DNA of 64,000 nucleotides from Octopus bimaculoides (lineage: Eukaryota): positions 64,489,245-64,553,244 of the forward strand of contig NC_068984.1 of assembly GCF_001194135.2 (NCBI RefSeq), given 5' to 3'. Below are positions 1 through 14,731 of this stretch, piece by piece. Made by a program: the position numbers and the translations under genes. Within the stretch, counting starts at the first letter, position 1. Every line of letters starts with the position of its first letter. The notes under the pieces were generated by a model. The model saw only the letters and a list, made by a program, of their open reading frames with translations. It was not told the origin of the DNA and did no database searches.

Positions 1-2107
1 CGTGTATATATGAATGTGCACACATACACATATGTGTATGTATGTGTATTTTTTTGTATGCATGTATTTATATATATGCATGTATGTATGTATATTTCAA
101 AGACCTGCGTCCTTTTTCTTTCTTCCAAAAAGAGCAGTCATATTGTATATTTGCGTCTGAAAGATTGCTTGGCAACACAATGCTTGAGAAATAAGCTCTT
201 GCCAGTTTATTGTGTTTTCACCGCATGAAAGTAATAGTAGCTCGAATTTAAATACTGTGAATGTTAAATAGTATCTATCTCTCACTGGATGGAGTACTTT
301 TTATCATGGTCCATCCAATAACAACAACAATTTGCATGTATATATGTATATATTTTTATATGCATATATATATGTGTGTATTTATACATGATCATATATC
401 TGCGTTCAAAAGTATGTAAAAGTTTGTGTTTATATATTCCTGCTGCATATATATAAGTAAATATATTCCTGTATCTATGTTCATATATATGAAGAATAAC
501 TTTTCTTTTATACTTGTTTCATTAAATGCATGACTTTATTCATGATTATCTTTTATATATGTTTTTTTTTTAATAATTTCGTATTAGTTTTTAACAATTG
601 GTTTGGAACAACACAGTTCCTAAATTTATGTAACACGTATCTAGATCTTCACAAGTGTGTAGAACCTTGTGTTACGAACTTTAGTGTATGAAACAATCAG
701 CAAAAATAGCTAATCAGAAATTACAAGCTATTCTGATACAGGATAAAATTTCGTCGTGGTCTTGTATATTTAATGAAACGTGTGTATGTTTGCTTGTGTG
801 TGAGTGTGTATGTGTGTTTAAGGAATGGAAAAAGCAGTTACACACTATATGTATTCCTAAACTACACGAAATTATGAATTGTCAAAACAATTTCATAACG
901 ATGACATACCTGTACATCATGTGATGACTGCCGCTTATAAAATCGTTTGTTGCAATGAATTTTCCAAGAAATACCAGTTTCTGTAAACTGTTTGTCGCAA
1001 TTATCGAAGAAATATGAGGTATTCATTTGCATTTCTGATAATTTCATTCTGAATAGCATGTCATTATATCAGGATTAACTTTAATTTTGGTATGGGACAA
1101 TGCGTATTCGATATATTAATAAATTTTTACTGATAGGAAATCGCTTCCTTTGAATTTTCTATGCAAGCCGTGTATATGCTAGAAGCTAACCAGCTGTTTT
1201 GCCACGATCAACGGGATCATGCTACATTGATGTGTGTGTGTGTGTGTGTGTGTGTGTGTCAATACACAGATTGAAGCACTGACATAATCTTGATGTTCAG
1301 ATGATCTGATGAGCTAGCCTTTATCTTTATTGATTTGTAAATGTGCCATTGTATTGTGCAGTGTCTAGAACGTATATTAGTGTAGAAATTTAAAATTATT
1401 TATTATACATGAAAGCTATTATTTACATTGATGACGGATTCGAAACGGCAGTAATCCTAAGAATAACAAGTGGCTAAATAAATATATTCACCTCTCATAC
1501 CTCCCGATATCTTTGTACGGTTTATATACTCTCTATGAAATAATATCATCGATTGGATCTTCTGGATTAAATCTGCAAATAATTCTGCATTATACTCTTC
1601 TGTGTTGGATTACTATAAGGGATGATAGCCGGGTAGACTACAGGAGTTTTCTGTGACAGCCACATGATTTTATCAATCCATATATCGCATACGCGTATAT
1701 AAATGTATGTGTATACACGTTTATATATTGAGATAGGAACATATATATGCATACGTGAGTGTGTGTGTGTGTGAGAGAGAGAGCGGTACATGTACATAAG
1801 AATGAATGTATCCATGTAAATAGTGTTATTTGCAACCTACTTCAAGACAAATCACAAAAATCTGGTAATGGGAGTTTAGATACTTTGAATAGTTTCAAAA
1901 CTATTAAGGAGTCTCAACAAGTGCAAAAAACCTAGTTATTTTACATACATACATACATACATATATATANNNNNNNNNNATATATATATAGTTATTTCAT
2001 ATACATACATATATATATATATATTTCGTATATATACATTTTACATGCATAAACATACATTTATATATACGTTAATATATATCTGCAACTATATAACAAA
2101 TGTATAT

Positions 2108-2500
2108 ACTCTTTTACTTGTTTCAGTCATGTGACTGTGGCCCATGCTGGAGCACCGCCTTTAGTCGAACAAATCGACCCCCAGGACTTATTCTTTGTAA
2201 GCCTAGTACTTATTCTATCGTTCTCTCTTGTCTAACCGCTAAGTTACGGGGACGTAAGCACACCAGCATCGGTTGTTGAGCGATGTTGAGGGGTGACAAA
2301 CACAGACACACAAACATATACATACACATACATATGTATATACATATATACGACAGCCTTCTTTCAGTTTCCTACCAAATCCACTCACAAGGCTTTGGTC
2401 GGCCCGAGTGTATATTAGAAGACACTTGTCCAAGGTGCTACGCAGTGGAACTGAACCCGGAACCATGTGGTTCGTAAGCAAGCTACTTACCACACAGCCA
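2108..2500 (-). mobile_element. tRNA-headed octopus SINE, family A (OR-like)
   Basis: Reverse complement of head TGGCTGTGTGGTAAG...CCACATGGTTCCGGGTTCAG, central microsatellite, GATAGAATAAGTACTAGG core and GAAACAAGTAAAAGAG tail. Confidence 0.88.
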
Positions 2501-3291
2501 TATATATATTTGTGTATGTGTGTGCGCGAAAGTCTATTTTTTTATGTATACATTTTTATGCATATATAAGTGAATATATATATGCGTATGAAAATCTATG
2601 TACTATGTATGTGTGTGTCTACACTTGTATGTATATATGTATGTATGCATGTATGTATGTATGTATGTAATACAAATAATAAATGAGTATATGCATATAT
2701 ACGTACATGTATGTACATACCTACATCTACATGTATATATAGATGCATATCTGGGTACAGGACGTTGCAAAAAAAGCGTGGACAAAATGATAAACACAGT
2801 ACAGAAAACACACAGGCCACCTAGAGAACAATTCCTTCATCAGCTGCCACCATTCTAAAACTAAGCGTTTCCAAGATTTATGCATGTATGTATTCTTATG
2901 ATCAAAAAGCTGCTTCACGGGTCAACGGTAAATTATTGAAGCAGATTTTCTCAAGTCGAATGCTGTTTCTATTGCTATTTCTTACCTCGTTCTAAGCAAG
3001 CAGCATTATCCCACATTGGGAACATACTTTCATAGAAGATCAATAACACGCAATGCATCCTGTGTATCGATGATGAAGATGATTACTAACACGTTAAATC
3101 ATAAAATATGGACTAAATCACATACACAAGTCTGCATACAACAATAGCAAACGGGCACTATATATACAAATATCTCAACGTACGTTTGCACACATACAGT
3201 ATATAGCCATTTAAATAAATTCAATATGTATATACATTGTACCATTGGATATAGAAATTTATACACATTTGCATATACTACATATGTATAC

Positions 3292-3323
<32 letters not shown>

Positions 3324-3327
<4 letters not shown>

Positions 3328-3541
3328 TTTTATTCTTTTACTTGTTTCAGTCATTTGACAGTGGCCATGATGGAGCACCGCCTTTAATCTAGCAAATTGA
3401 CCCCAGGACTTATTCTTTGTAAGCCTAGTACTTATTCTATCGGTTCCTTGTGCCGAAACGCGAGGTGATGTGGGTCGTAAACACACCAGCATCGGTTGTC
3501 AAGCGATGTTGGGGTGACAAACATATATATATACACACACA

Positions 3542-3582
<41 letters not shown>

Positions 3583-3745
3583 GAAGGGCTTCTTTCAGTT
3601 TCCCTCTACCAAATCCACTCACAAAGCTTTGAGCGGCCCGCAGCTCTAGTAGAAGACACTTGCCCAAGGTCTCACGCAGTTTGACTGAGCCCAGAATCAT
3701 GTGGTTGATAAGCAAGCTACTTACCACACAGCCACTCTTACGCCT
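3324..3745 (-). mobile_element. SINE family A copy
   Basis: Same head, core and tail as 2108-2500. Confidence 0.88.
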
Positions 3746-3952
3746 ATATACATATATATATATATATATATTTGTGATGTCCTGTACCCATGTATGTATG
3801 TATACATATAGATGTTGGTATGAACATATATGTATGGATATATGCATATATTTATATATTATTTATAATATTATATATACGTAGACACACATACACACAC
3901 ATGTACACAGAAGTATGATTGGTGAAAATGCATGTTTATATAGAGATTAATG

Positions 3953-3993
<41 letters not shown>

Positions 3994-4016
3994 ATAGATA
4001 TACACGCATGGACGCC

Positions 4017-4053
<37 letters not shown>

Positions 4054-4170
4054 TGTATAATACATATATGTATATATATATATATATAATGCCATATATA
4101 AAAGTATATATATATACATATACATACGTATATATACATTTATATATATACATATACTTAATATATATAT

Positions 4171-4640
4171 ATCATCATCATCATCATCGTTTAACGTCCG
4201 CTTTCTATGCTAGCATGGGTTGGACGATTTGACTGACGTCTGGCAAGCAAGCCAGAAGGCTGCACCAGGCTCCAATCTGATCCGGCAGAGTTTCTACAGC
4301 TGGATGCCCTTCCTAACGCCAACCACTCCGAGAGTGTAGTGGGTGCTTTTACGTACCACCGGCACGATGGCCAGTCACACGGTACTAGCAACGGCTACGT
4401 TCAAAAAGGTGCTTTTACGTGCCACCTGCACGGGAGCCAGTCCAGCGGCACTGGCAACGACCTCACTCGAATGATTTTCTAACGTGCCACCTGCTCTAGT
4501 GCTAGAAGGCAACGCTGGTAACGATGACGCTCAAATGGTGCTATTTACGGGCCACTAACACGGAAGCCAGACAGCTGCTCTGGCAATGAACATGCTCGAC
4601 AGTGCTTTTAGTGCTCCACTGGCACAGGTGCCAGTCATCG
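4171..4640 (-). mobile_element. RTE LINE 3' UTR copy with an expanded ~65-bp internal repeat
   Basis: (CAT)n-CGTTTAACGTCCGCTTTC start, which is the reverse complement of the RTE tail. Diverged units start at 4342, 4408, 4473, 4537 and 4601. Confidence 0.85.
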
Positions 4641-4730
4641 AGTATGGTTCAATTACGATTTCACTTATATATATACATAATATATATATATATTTATATA
4701 TATATATATATATATAATGCCATATATATA

Positions 4731-4942
4731 ATCTTTTCTACCCTTAGCACAAGGCCCGAATTTGGGGGGAGGGGCCAGTCGATTAGATCAACCGTCTTAC
4801 GCAACTGGTACTTCAGTTATCGACCCTGGAAGGATGAAAGGCAAAGTCGACCTCAGCGAAATTTGAACTCAGATCATAAAGACAAACGAGATAGTACTAA
4901 GCATTTCACATGGTGTGCCAATGTTTCTGCCAGCTTGCTGCC
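4731..4942 (-). mobile_element. tRNA-headed octopus SINE, family B (OK-like)
   Basis: Reverse complement of GGCAGCAAGCTGGCAGAAAC...GAGTTCAAATTTCGCTGAGGTCGACTTTGCCTTTCATCC...GATAACTGAAGTACCAG...GGGCCTTGTGC. Confidence 0.88.
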
Positions 4943-7669
4943 GAGATAGGTTTCTATAACACACCTTGTCTCCAAGCAATCTCCAGGCATGTTATATATA
5001 TTTATATACACATATATGTATATTGATTTTTGTATGTGTGTGTATATATGTGTTTACATATATAAGTATATTTGTTTGTGTCTATATATAAATGATTGTA
5101 TGTGTGTTTCTGCATATGTGTATGTACATATGTGAGTAAGTGCACTGAGGCATATGTAGATACACATAGATATGTACATGTTTATACATATATGTACATG
5201 TGTGTATTCATGCACACTATACTCACCTTTTAGTACATGCCTATAGAATTTTGTACCTATTTACTTTCCATTTGAAAGCTAATCCTGCAAATGCTAATCA
5301 TAATATCGGATGTGATATACTCTAATTGCTGCACATAGTCACACATGATTCAATTTATCCTTGTATTTCACTTGCAATAGTTTTTGCAGCAGTCTTACAC
5401 ACTGAACTATTGAAATATGTGACTAACTATAAATCATCAACTGGCTGTCAATATATTGTTTTATCTCGGTTGCATTATATTACAATATATTTTTGCTCCA
5501 TTTCCTCGCAACTGATACAATTTGAAAATGTATGTTTACTATTTTCAGTATGTTTTAAACAAGTTATCTTTACAGTATAACTGTGGATGTTAACATTATA
5601 TTTATTAGACAGGATTGTATTGTGTGTGCCCTAGCAGGTTTGAAGCTAACCTGAGGAACCTGAAACAACCATCTCCACAGAAATATTTTGTGCACCCTTG
5701 AAAACTTCATGTTTCTTGGCTGCACATTCCTGAAAACTTAAAATTCAATAGATCACTGATACTAGGCAATGAATTATAATTCTTAAAGGGTGTAAATCAG
5801 CTGTTTTCTCAGTGTTTAACAAATAATGTTCACGTAACAATTCTTATCTTTGCAGGCACAAAAAATCTATTGTAACAAAACCGAAATGGTGGATTTTGAT
5901 TTCTTACATATACAAAAGATTGCAGATTAAATAGTAAAACAGAAATAATATTTGTAATATTCATGTCTTGCCTAAGACCATTTCCAACATAAGTGAAGGG
6001 AAATGGTAATAATCTGGAATCATGATGTGGCGTTTTTACTTCCTGAAATTAACATATGTAACACCATAAAAATTTCAGAAATTTAAATATTTATACTGAG
6101 TGAGAAAACCATACTAATGAATTGTAACATTAAGAATGATTCCAAACATAATAGTAATTACCTTAGAACTCCTTAGTAGAGATAATAATGATATTGGTAG
6201 ATAATAATCTAAACTATTGCTTAAACATATTTACTTACTTCTATTAGGTGCAATATTTGCTACAAGATAGCGTAGATTTATAAGCAGAAATCTTTGTCAG
6301 CTTAGTCAGTAACCCTATAGATGAAACATGTGAGAATTTACCAAATGATATTGTGGAAGTGGAAGAGTTAAAGGAGAAAAGTATGAAAAGCTAAATAAAT
6401 TTATTATACAATACAAATGGGAAAAAAAACAGCCAGCAACATATCAAAAGTTTTAGGGATTTTTTCTTTTTTTTTTTTTTTTTCATCTTTATCCACAAAA
6501 TACAATCCAAATTATTGTTATTATTGATAAATTCAGTTTCAGTTGACACATGATTTCACAGTCATTTGCTCATTTTTATCATATTTAGCTGTGAAACTGA
6601 AAAGTCAGTTTAACATACTCATACTCTCATATATATANNNNNNNNNNNNNNNNNNNNNNNNNNNNNNNNNNNNNNNNNNNNNNNNNNNNNNNNNNNNNNN
6701 NNNNNNNNNNNNNNNNNNNNNNNNNNNNNNNNNNNNNNNNNNNNNNNNNNNNNNNNNNNNNNNNNNNNNNNNNNNNNNNNNNNNNNNNNNNNNNNNNNNN
6801 NNNNNNNNNNNNNNNNNNNNNNNNNNNNNNNNNNNNNNNNNNNNNNNNNNNNNNNNNNNNNNNNNNNNNNNNNNNNNNNNNNNNNNNNNNNNNNNNNNNN
6901 NNNNNNNNNNNNNNNNNNNNNNNNNNNNNNNNNNNNNNNNNNNNNNNNNNNNNNNNNNNNNNNNNNNNNNNNNNNNNNNNNNNNNNNNNNNNNNNNNNNN
7001 NNNNNNNNNNNNNNNNNNNNNNNNNNNNNNNNNNNNNNNNNNNNNNNNNNNNNNNNNNNNNNNNNNNNNNNNNNNNNNNNNNNNNNNNNNNNNNNNNNNN
7101 NNNNNNNNNNNNNNNNNNNNNNNNNNNNNNNNNNNNNNNNNNNNNNNNNNNNNNNNNNNNNNNNNNNNNNNNNNNNNNNNNNNNNNNNNNNNNNNNNNNN
7201 NNNNNNNNNNNNNNNNNNNNNNNNNNNNNNNNNNNNNNNNNNNNNNNNNATAATGATAATATCTGTAGATAGAATTAATATCTCTCTTGGATGTAAGGCT
7301 CCTGCTTTGTAAGGGATGTTGGGGGGTGGGATTGGGTGGAATATAATAGATTATTTTTTGTTTTTTTTTAGTTTCAGTAAATTGTTATCATTTGTCTTTG
7401 TATTTTATTTATGCAGCAGGGATGGAAAGAACTGTCTGTGGCTGAGATTTGACCAACCAGAAAAATCTGGTACCAAACTTGATATTGTGAACCATCAAGT
7501 TTAGCCCTATGTAACACCTGCAACAACTTTGAAATCTTAATAAATAATGATGTTTGTAGTTAGTATCACAGTCATAATTTTATCTCTTTCCTGTATACTA
7601 TTTTTGTTTAAATTAATATATTTATAATAACAATAATAATAATGCATTGTTGTCATCACTATTAATGTT

Positions 7670-7830
7670 GAAGGTGGCAAAGTGGCAGATAGAATACCTG
7701 GAAGAATTAGTTCTAGCTCTCTGAGATCATATCCCACTAAGGTCAACTTTACATTTCATCTTTTTGGGGTAGATGAATTAAGTACTAATTTAGAGCAGTA
7801 GATGAGTGGAAGTATTACAACACTAGACAA
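7670..7830 (+). mobile_element. SINE family B copy (old)
   Basis: GGTGGCAAAGTGGCAGA...AAGGTCAACTTTACATTTCATCTTTTTGGGGTAGATGAATTAAGTAC. Confidence 0.6.
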
Positions 7831-10439
7831 CACACTTTGTGATATCTTTTCCACTTCTTTGCATTCTTAATTCAGTTTCCACTTGCCATCACCAGGCCCA
7901 TCAAGGAAAGGTTAAAAGGGATAGGCTTCCAATGTCAAATAGTACTACATCAGTAGGAGCAACATCTTGCTTGCATCAAATATACATGAATACAAAATGT
8001 AGGCCCTGCACTAGAAGGTAGGACAGAAAATAAAATTAATATAAGTGTTGGGTGTGATGGACATAGTTGTCAGAGTCAATCAGTCTTTAAAAACTGACAC
8101 TGTGACCTGGTTTCAATTCCAAATAGTAGCCACATTCTATTACATGAATAACACGGCAGAGTGAGCAGTTTCCTCTACTTCCCCTTACTTCGCAAACCTG
8201 AGGCTTTTTGCCAATATAATACTAAAAAAATTCCTTTACAGTAGAGCTAAACTAATGCAATTTGAGAAAAGTATGAATTAATTCTGCATCTATACACTTC
8301 CTCTTCTTCTAGATGTAGGAAATTATGCCTAATTAAGAAAAGACAATTATTTTAAAATTTATCTTTAATAATGTATCTATTCCTATTGTTTCCTTCTTTA
8401 ATATATTTTCTTTCAAAATTTGCCAATAGTTAAATAACTACAGCTCATAAACTTTAAAAGGGAAATATAAAAAGAAAATTAGCAACATATTTTGGTGATT
8501 AACACAGCCTCTAGTCAGTGATTATTGTTCTAATTGTATTTGCTAGCCAAAGTAGTTTTTCTTTGAATTATATAATGAATCTAAAAGACAACATAATAAA
8601 CTAAATAACTTAAATTTTTTGCAAATGAGGGCTTAATCATGCTTATCTATATAGTATGTCAATGCTTGTAAGGTCTCATATATATTTTATTTTACTAAAA
8701 ATTAGTTTTGTCAAAAGGTTATTTTTTCTGTCTGTGTGCTTGTGTGACTTACATAGTACCTAATAATAATCTAGCTAATGAAGTAGCAATGCAAAAGGGA
8801 TGAAACTCCAAAAGAATCCCTTACTCATCAAAAATTTGTTGTTTTAAATATATATANNNNNNNNNNNNNNNNNNNNNNNNNNNNNNNNNNNNNNNNNNNN
8901 NNNNNNNNNNNNNNNNNNNNNNNNNNNNNNNNNNNNNNNNNNNNNNNNNNNNNNNNNNNNNNNNNNNNNNNNNNNNNNNNNNNNNNNNNNNNNNNNNNNN
9001 NNNNNNNNNNNNNNNNNNNNNNNNNNNNNNNNNNNNNNNNNNNNNNNNNNNNNNNNNNNNNNNNNNNNNNNNNNNNNNNNNNNNNNNNNNNNNNNNNNNN
9101 NNNNNNNNNNNNNNNNNNNNNNNNNNNNNNNNNNNNNNNNNNNNNNNNNNNNNNNNNNNNNNNNNNNNNNNNNNNNNNNNNNNNNNNNNNNNNNNNNNNN
9201 NNNNNNNNNNNNNNNNNNNNNNNNNNNNNNNNNNNNNNNNNNNNNNNNNNNNNNNNNNNNNNNNNNNNNNNNNNNNNNNNNNNNNNNNNNNNNNNNNNCA
9301 AAGGAAGAGTTCTGGAAGGGAAAATTATTTAACTTCTTTTCCCCCAAAATTTTCTGTTTTCTTTTCATTTATTTTTTTTCTTTCTTTATTACTTTGTTAT
9401 TATTTATTTTTTCTTGTTGTTGTTGTTCTTTTTCAAACAGTCACATGATGGGAAAGGGTTTCAGTCCAGATCTGGAATGGAGAAGAGGCGAAGGAAGAGA
9501 AAGAAGAGGAGGAGAATATAGCTGCTTTGGGATTGTTTTGTTGCCATCTCTGCTTTTGTTTGTTTGGTTTTGGTTTCTGTTTTTTTTTTTTTTTTTCAAA
9601 TATATTTCTTTATTTTTTCCAAAGCTCCCAGATAACTCTTTTTTTTTTCTCTCTGGATGACTTAGGGAAATTGGTTCATATATATTTGTTTCATAATTTG
9701 TTTTTTTCCTATATCTCCATATACCCATTTAGAAAATGGCATGTCAACATTTTTGTAATGCTTCTTTTGTTACCTGATATATATATACTTATATATATAT
9801 ATCCAACTGTAATAAGAAGAAGAATGAACAAAACAAATGTTAATTGTGTCTTATTGGGCTATTTTTAAATAACAGGGAGTATGGAAATTTTTTTCCAGTT
9901 TTACACATTCAAATTTTATGGATATTCCTTAACTGAATTGTACTTTCGATAGTAACTTGATTATTTGGTAATTTTTTCTTAAAATTTGAAAACTTATTGA
10001 TATTACATTATTCACTAATCTTATAATTCATTCACATTTTTCTTTAACCTTTTTCTGTCATATAACAGACAATTAGATCAACCCATAGCTTAATTTTCTC
10101 ATAGAGTTTTCAATATATTTAGTCAACTAATATATATTCAATATATTTAGTCAAATAATATATATATTTCAACTACACATTTATCTTATCTTGCATTAAT
10201 GAGAGCAGATCATATTAATATAATAATGATGCAGGATGTAATGAATTTTAAATATATTTTTACAACTTATTAACAAAGTATATATCAATTCAGTCATCAC
10301 AATCAACAACATTGATATTATTATTCATTACAATAACAACTCTGAATTGAATATAAATAGGAGTATTCTAAACAACTATGAATAAATTAGTTTAAATATA
10401 ACCCTTGGCAAATAATATAATTTTAAAATACGTACATAT

Positions 10440-11245
<806 letters not shown>

Positions 11246-14200
11246 TGCATTGTGATGGACAATGGAAAATTGCAATGCCGATGCCTTTTCAGGAATGATA
11301 ACTATTTAAGCATAAGTTGATTATCAATTCAGCTTTTATGACAAAAGCTTGTCACTCGTTTCTGATACCTTACATATTCTCTGAAAAATAGAATACCACT
11401 GACTTATGCCTAATTTAAATTTCTTGTCAAATAATGCTTATTATGAAAGTCAAGATTGACAAGATTGATGACTGGTCAACCATTTTCAAAGTAATTCTTT
11501 ATGCTATTAATCAATAGTTTAATTTTAACAAACATAAACCTAGATCTTTTTTTCTTTTGTTTTGCCATCATGATTCTCTTTTTTTCCATTTTAATTTTTC
11601 AACCTCCTCTCACAATTTCTACTAAGTTTTATCTAGTGTTTCATTAAAATCTTTTCAGCAATTCTCCCTAAAAAAAAAAAAAAGAAAAACCCCAAAATAA
11701 TAACAAGTTTTTGTTCATCTTTTTCATTTGAGGATGCATTTTTTTGTTTGTTTTTGTTTTTTATGAAAATTTGGTAACAATTTTCTGTGTTATGCTTTAC
11801 AGCAGTTCAATCATTTTGACTTCATACTTGATTGTTTATTCATTTTCTTTTTTTTTCTTTTCTTTTTTACCTTTCAAAATTCTGTTTCGATTTGAAGTTT
11901 CTTTTATTTTTCTTCTTGATTTTATTTTGTTGAATATATATATTATTTTTTTTTCTTTTGAAAACATATAAAGCAAGTTGATGAACATTATCACTATTTC
12001 ACATCATATCAGATGCTAGTTTTTGATATAAATTTGTTTTGTTTCTAAATATAAACCCAACCAGCAAATCTACAATGGATCAGGTCAAGTTATGTTGTTT
12101 AAAAAAAAAATATATATATAGATAAAAACAAAATGGGGAAAAAGAAAAAAAAACAACCACTTATTGGTTCATAATACATAACTAAAAATTAAAATAGTAA
12201 AGAAATGAAATCAACACAAGTATCTAGAAAGTAGCCACACTTGAAAACCCTCGAATCTTCCAATTGAGATGTGAAACCATTTGGCTTGCTTTATAAGTTT
12301 TAAACTAATTTAAATAATTTTTCCCCTCTCTCTGTACTTATTAACTTTCTATTGCTCTCTCTGTATATCTGTCTATCTAGCTATCTATATATATATACAC
12401 ATGTACATATATATACTTATATCATTATTTGAATTATGATGTAGAAGATATCCAATAATTTCACAAGTAATGATGTTCAGTCCCAGCAAACAGATAATTT
12501 ATTAAATCTCACTGTTATGAATCACCATCATTTGCATTGTGTTTTTGCTAAGGATTAACTGCTTTATTAATATTTTAATTATTTGATTTTAAGTTTCAAT
12601 CTACTCGATTTAGTTAAATTAAGCATTTAAATTATTAAAGATTATCACTTTTTAATAATTTCTTCCTATTTCACTACATACATCTTAATTTGTTTTTAGA
12701 TTAATAATATTGTTGTTATTATTTCCTTATGAGCACCAGTGTAATTTTTATTTCTTCACTTTCTCATTTTACTACATTTCCTAATATTTAGTATCTCATG
12801 ATTTCTTTAGTTAGTAATCACTTATATTAATTTATTCACGTTTTTTTTTTTTCTCCTTTCAGCTATAAAATAACAATCTAGTATTCTAGATTTCTAGTTT
12901 GAAGCTTAGAACCAAATCTGGTACCTGATGAGAGTTCAGTTGTGATACAGTTCTAATGAATCCCGTGATTGCAGGCATTCGCATGTCTTTGAGCGGAAAT
13001 GCCATTTTGCCTGAAAAACTCACCGCAAAGAAGCATATCTTCCTGCATTTCGGTGATGACCTTTTGGCAAGGTTTTTAATATTTACTTTCCATTTTTTTT
13101 TTCTTTCCTGGATTGTATAAATTATTCTGTTATGATAATGATTCATTTATTGGTTATAGTTGTGGCTTTCCATGTAATATTTGTATTTCTTCTTTATGTG
13201 ATGAAGAATTTGACAAGGATGTGCAGGTAGAACAGAGAAAAAACATATTTTCTCCACCTTTCCTTAAGCAATTATTATTTATTGATTTCTGTGTGTTTTT
13301 TTTTATGTTTTATAAGAAAACAAATTTCCTTAATATTATAAATGTAATGTTTCCACATGCATAGACAAAATATGTATGCAGATCTTCAACAGAAGAATAG
13401 GCTCACCATTTACAACCAGCTACCAAATCAGTGCTAGGCATGCTCCATTAGCTCTTACCTCCTTTCTTAGAGTCAAGAATATCATCTTTTCTTTTATTTT
13501 CTTTCAGCTATACCACACAACTAACTCAGAATCTTCTCCAAAGAGTTCAGAATCGAATATGTTAGTACTTAGTAAATAATTATCATCAATTAAAAACAAA
13601 AAATTGTTTTATATAATATGCTTTATTTTGCAAATTTTATAAAATTAAAAATGCTTTTTCTTGTTAGGTAAGTTTGGTTATTCTAACTTTTCTTGTATTA
13701 AAACTCATGCAAATTAAGATATTTAATCTATATATAATTATTTATCTATTTGTATTTCATTTACCTAATCACAGTAAAAATTAATCTAATATTTTGGTAT
13801 TATTGAAAACAACTTTGTTAATGTCTTCAAGACATTTTTAATATTTTGCTTTCAGTTCTTTTGAAGTTAATATACTTAGGCACTAAGATTCTTCTTAAAA
13901 CATTAAAATACATTATTATTGTTATTGTTTAGGTTCATAGACAAAATTAAGAAAGAAAAAAGGCAACAATTTTCTGTCTTTAAATTCCAGTAATAAAAAT
14001 AGTGAATTTGGATTTAAAGCAGAAAATCAAAAATTAAGTAATAAATTTTGAGGGGCTGGGATAACTTATGCTAAAAACTGAAAAACAAAACACAAGGATA
14101 TATATGTAATATACGTGTATGTATATGTCTGTATATACATGTTTATATACATGCATATATATGTGTATATATATATATGTGTGTGTATATACATGCATGC

Positions 14201-14497
14201 ATATACGTGTATGTGTATATAAATTTTTCCTTTCTTCTGTAAATTAGTATTTCATTTCTATGGATTTGGATAATATATAAGATCATAGAGGAAAACCCCT
14301 AAAAACCTATCTTATTTCTGATGATAGTTGTTGGGTAGGAGATTATAGAGCATGTAAGCCTCTTTGAGGCCTACATATTATTCTGATGGTTGTGGGTAGG
14401 TAATATGGATCAGAACTCTGTGAAGCATGCAGCTGATTAGTTCAATATTTGTATATATTTTTTTCTTTGACATCCAAAGCAGGTGGCATTAAAACGG

Positions 14498-14622
14498 TCA
14501 CAACAGAAAAAATACAAGTAGACATAAGATACTCGTCCATTGTTGGCTGTGTTCATATAAAGAACAGCTATCACCACCAATAGTGTATGTTCTTGGAGCT
14601 TTACTTGTTTTAGGTACATCTG
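14498..14622 (-). CDS. sol-1: Terminal coding exon with a hydrophobic C-terminus
   Basis: Acceptor ctctacctttttttcCAGCAG, phase 1 in. Encodes (P)DVPKTSKAPRTYTIGGDSCSLYEHSQQWTSILCLLVFFLL, then TGA at 14500-14498. Confidence 0.8.
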
Positions 14623-14731
14623 CTGGAAAAAAAGGTAGAGATGGAAAAAAGGAAACTCGGTTAATAGTGTTAAAAATAGAACAGAAACACATATATATAT
14701 ATACACACATTTGTAAGTATATGAATATGAT

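Noticed and set aside
862-1059. Zinc-finger-like ORF (…CDKQFTETG…IHCNKRF…)
   Set aside because: Cys/His spacing does not fit C2H2 and there is no splice support.
6290-6394. Protein-like acidic stretch LVSNPIDETCENLPNDIVEVEELKEKSMKS
   Set aside because: Only about 35 codons, no family match, and no consistent upstream exon.
6543-7253. 236-aa ORF and other X-filled ORFs (8.8-9.3, 27.4-28.0, 45.3-45.7, 47.1-47.4, 52.1-52.4 kb)
   Set aside because: They are open only because they run through N gaps.
9330-9520. Plus-strand acceptor followed by the basic peptide SHDGKGFQSRSGMEKRRRKRKKRRRI
   Set aside because: The peptide comes from a low-complexity GA run and the T tract is typical of this A/T-skewed region. 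No partner exon was found.
12840-13146. Higher-complexity block with an 86-aa minus-strand ORF and splice-like signals
   Set aside because: No recognisable homology, the plus-strand acceptor hits stops in all frames, and the minus-strand acceptor is short. Treated as probable UTR.
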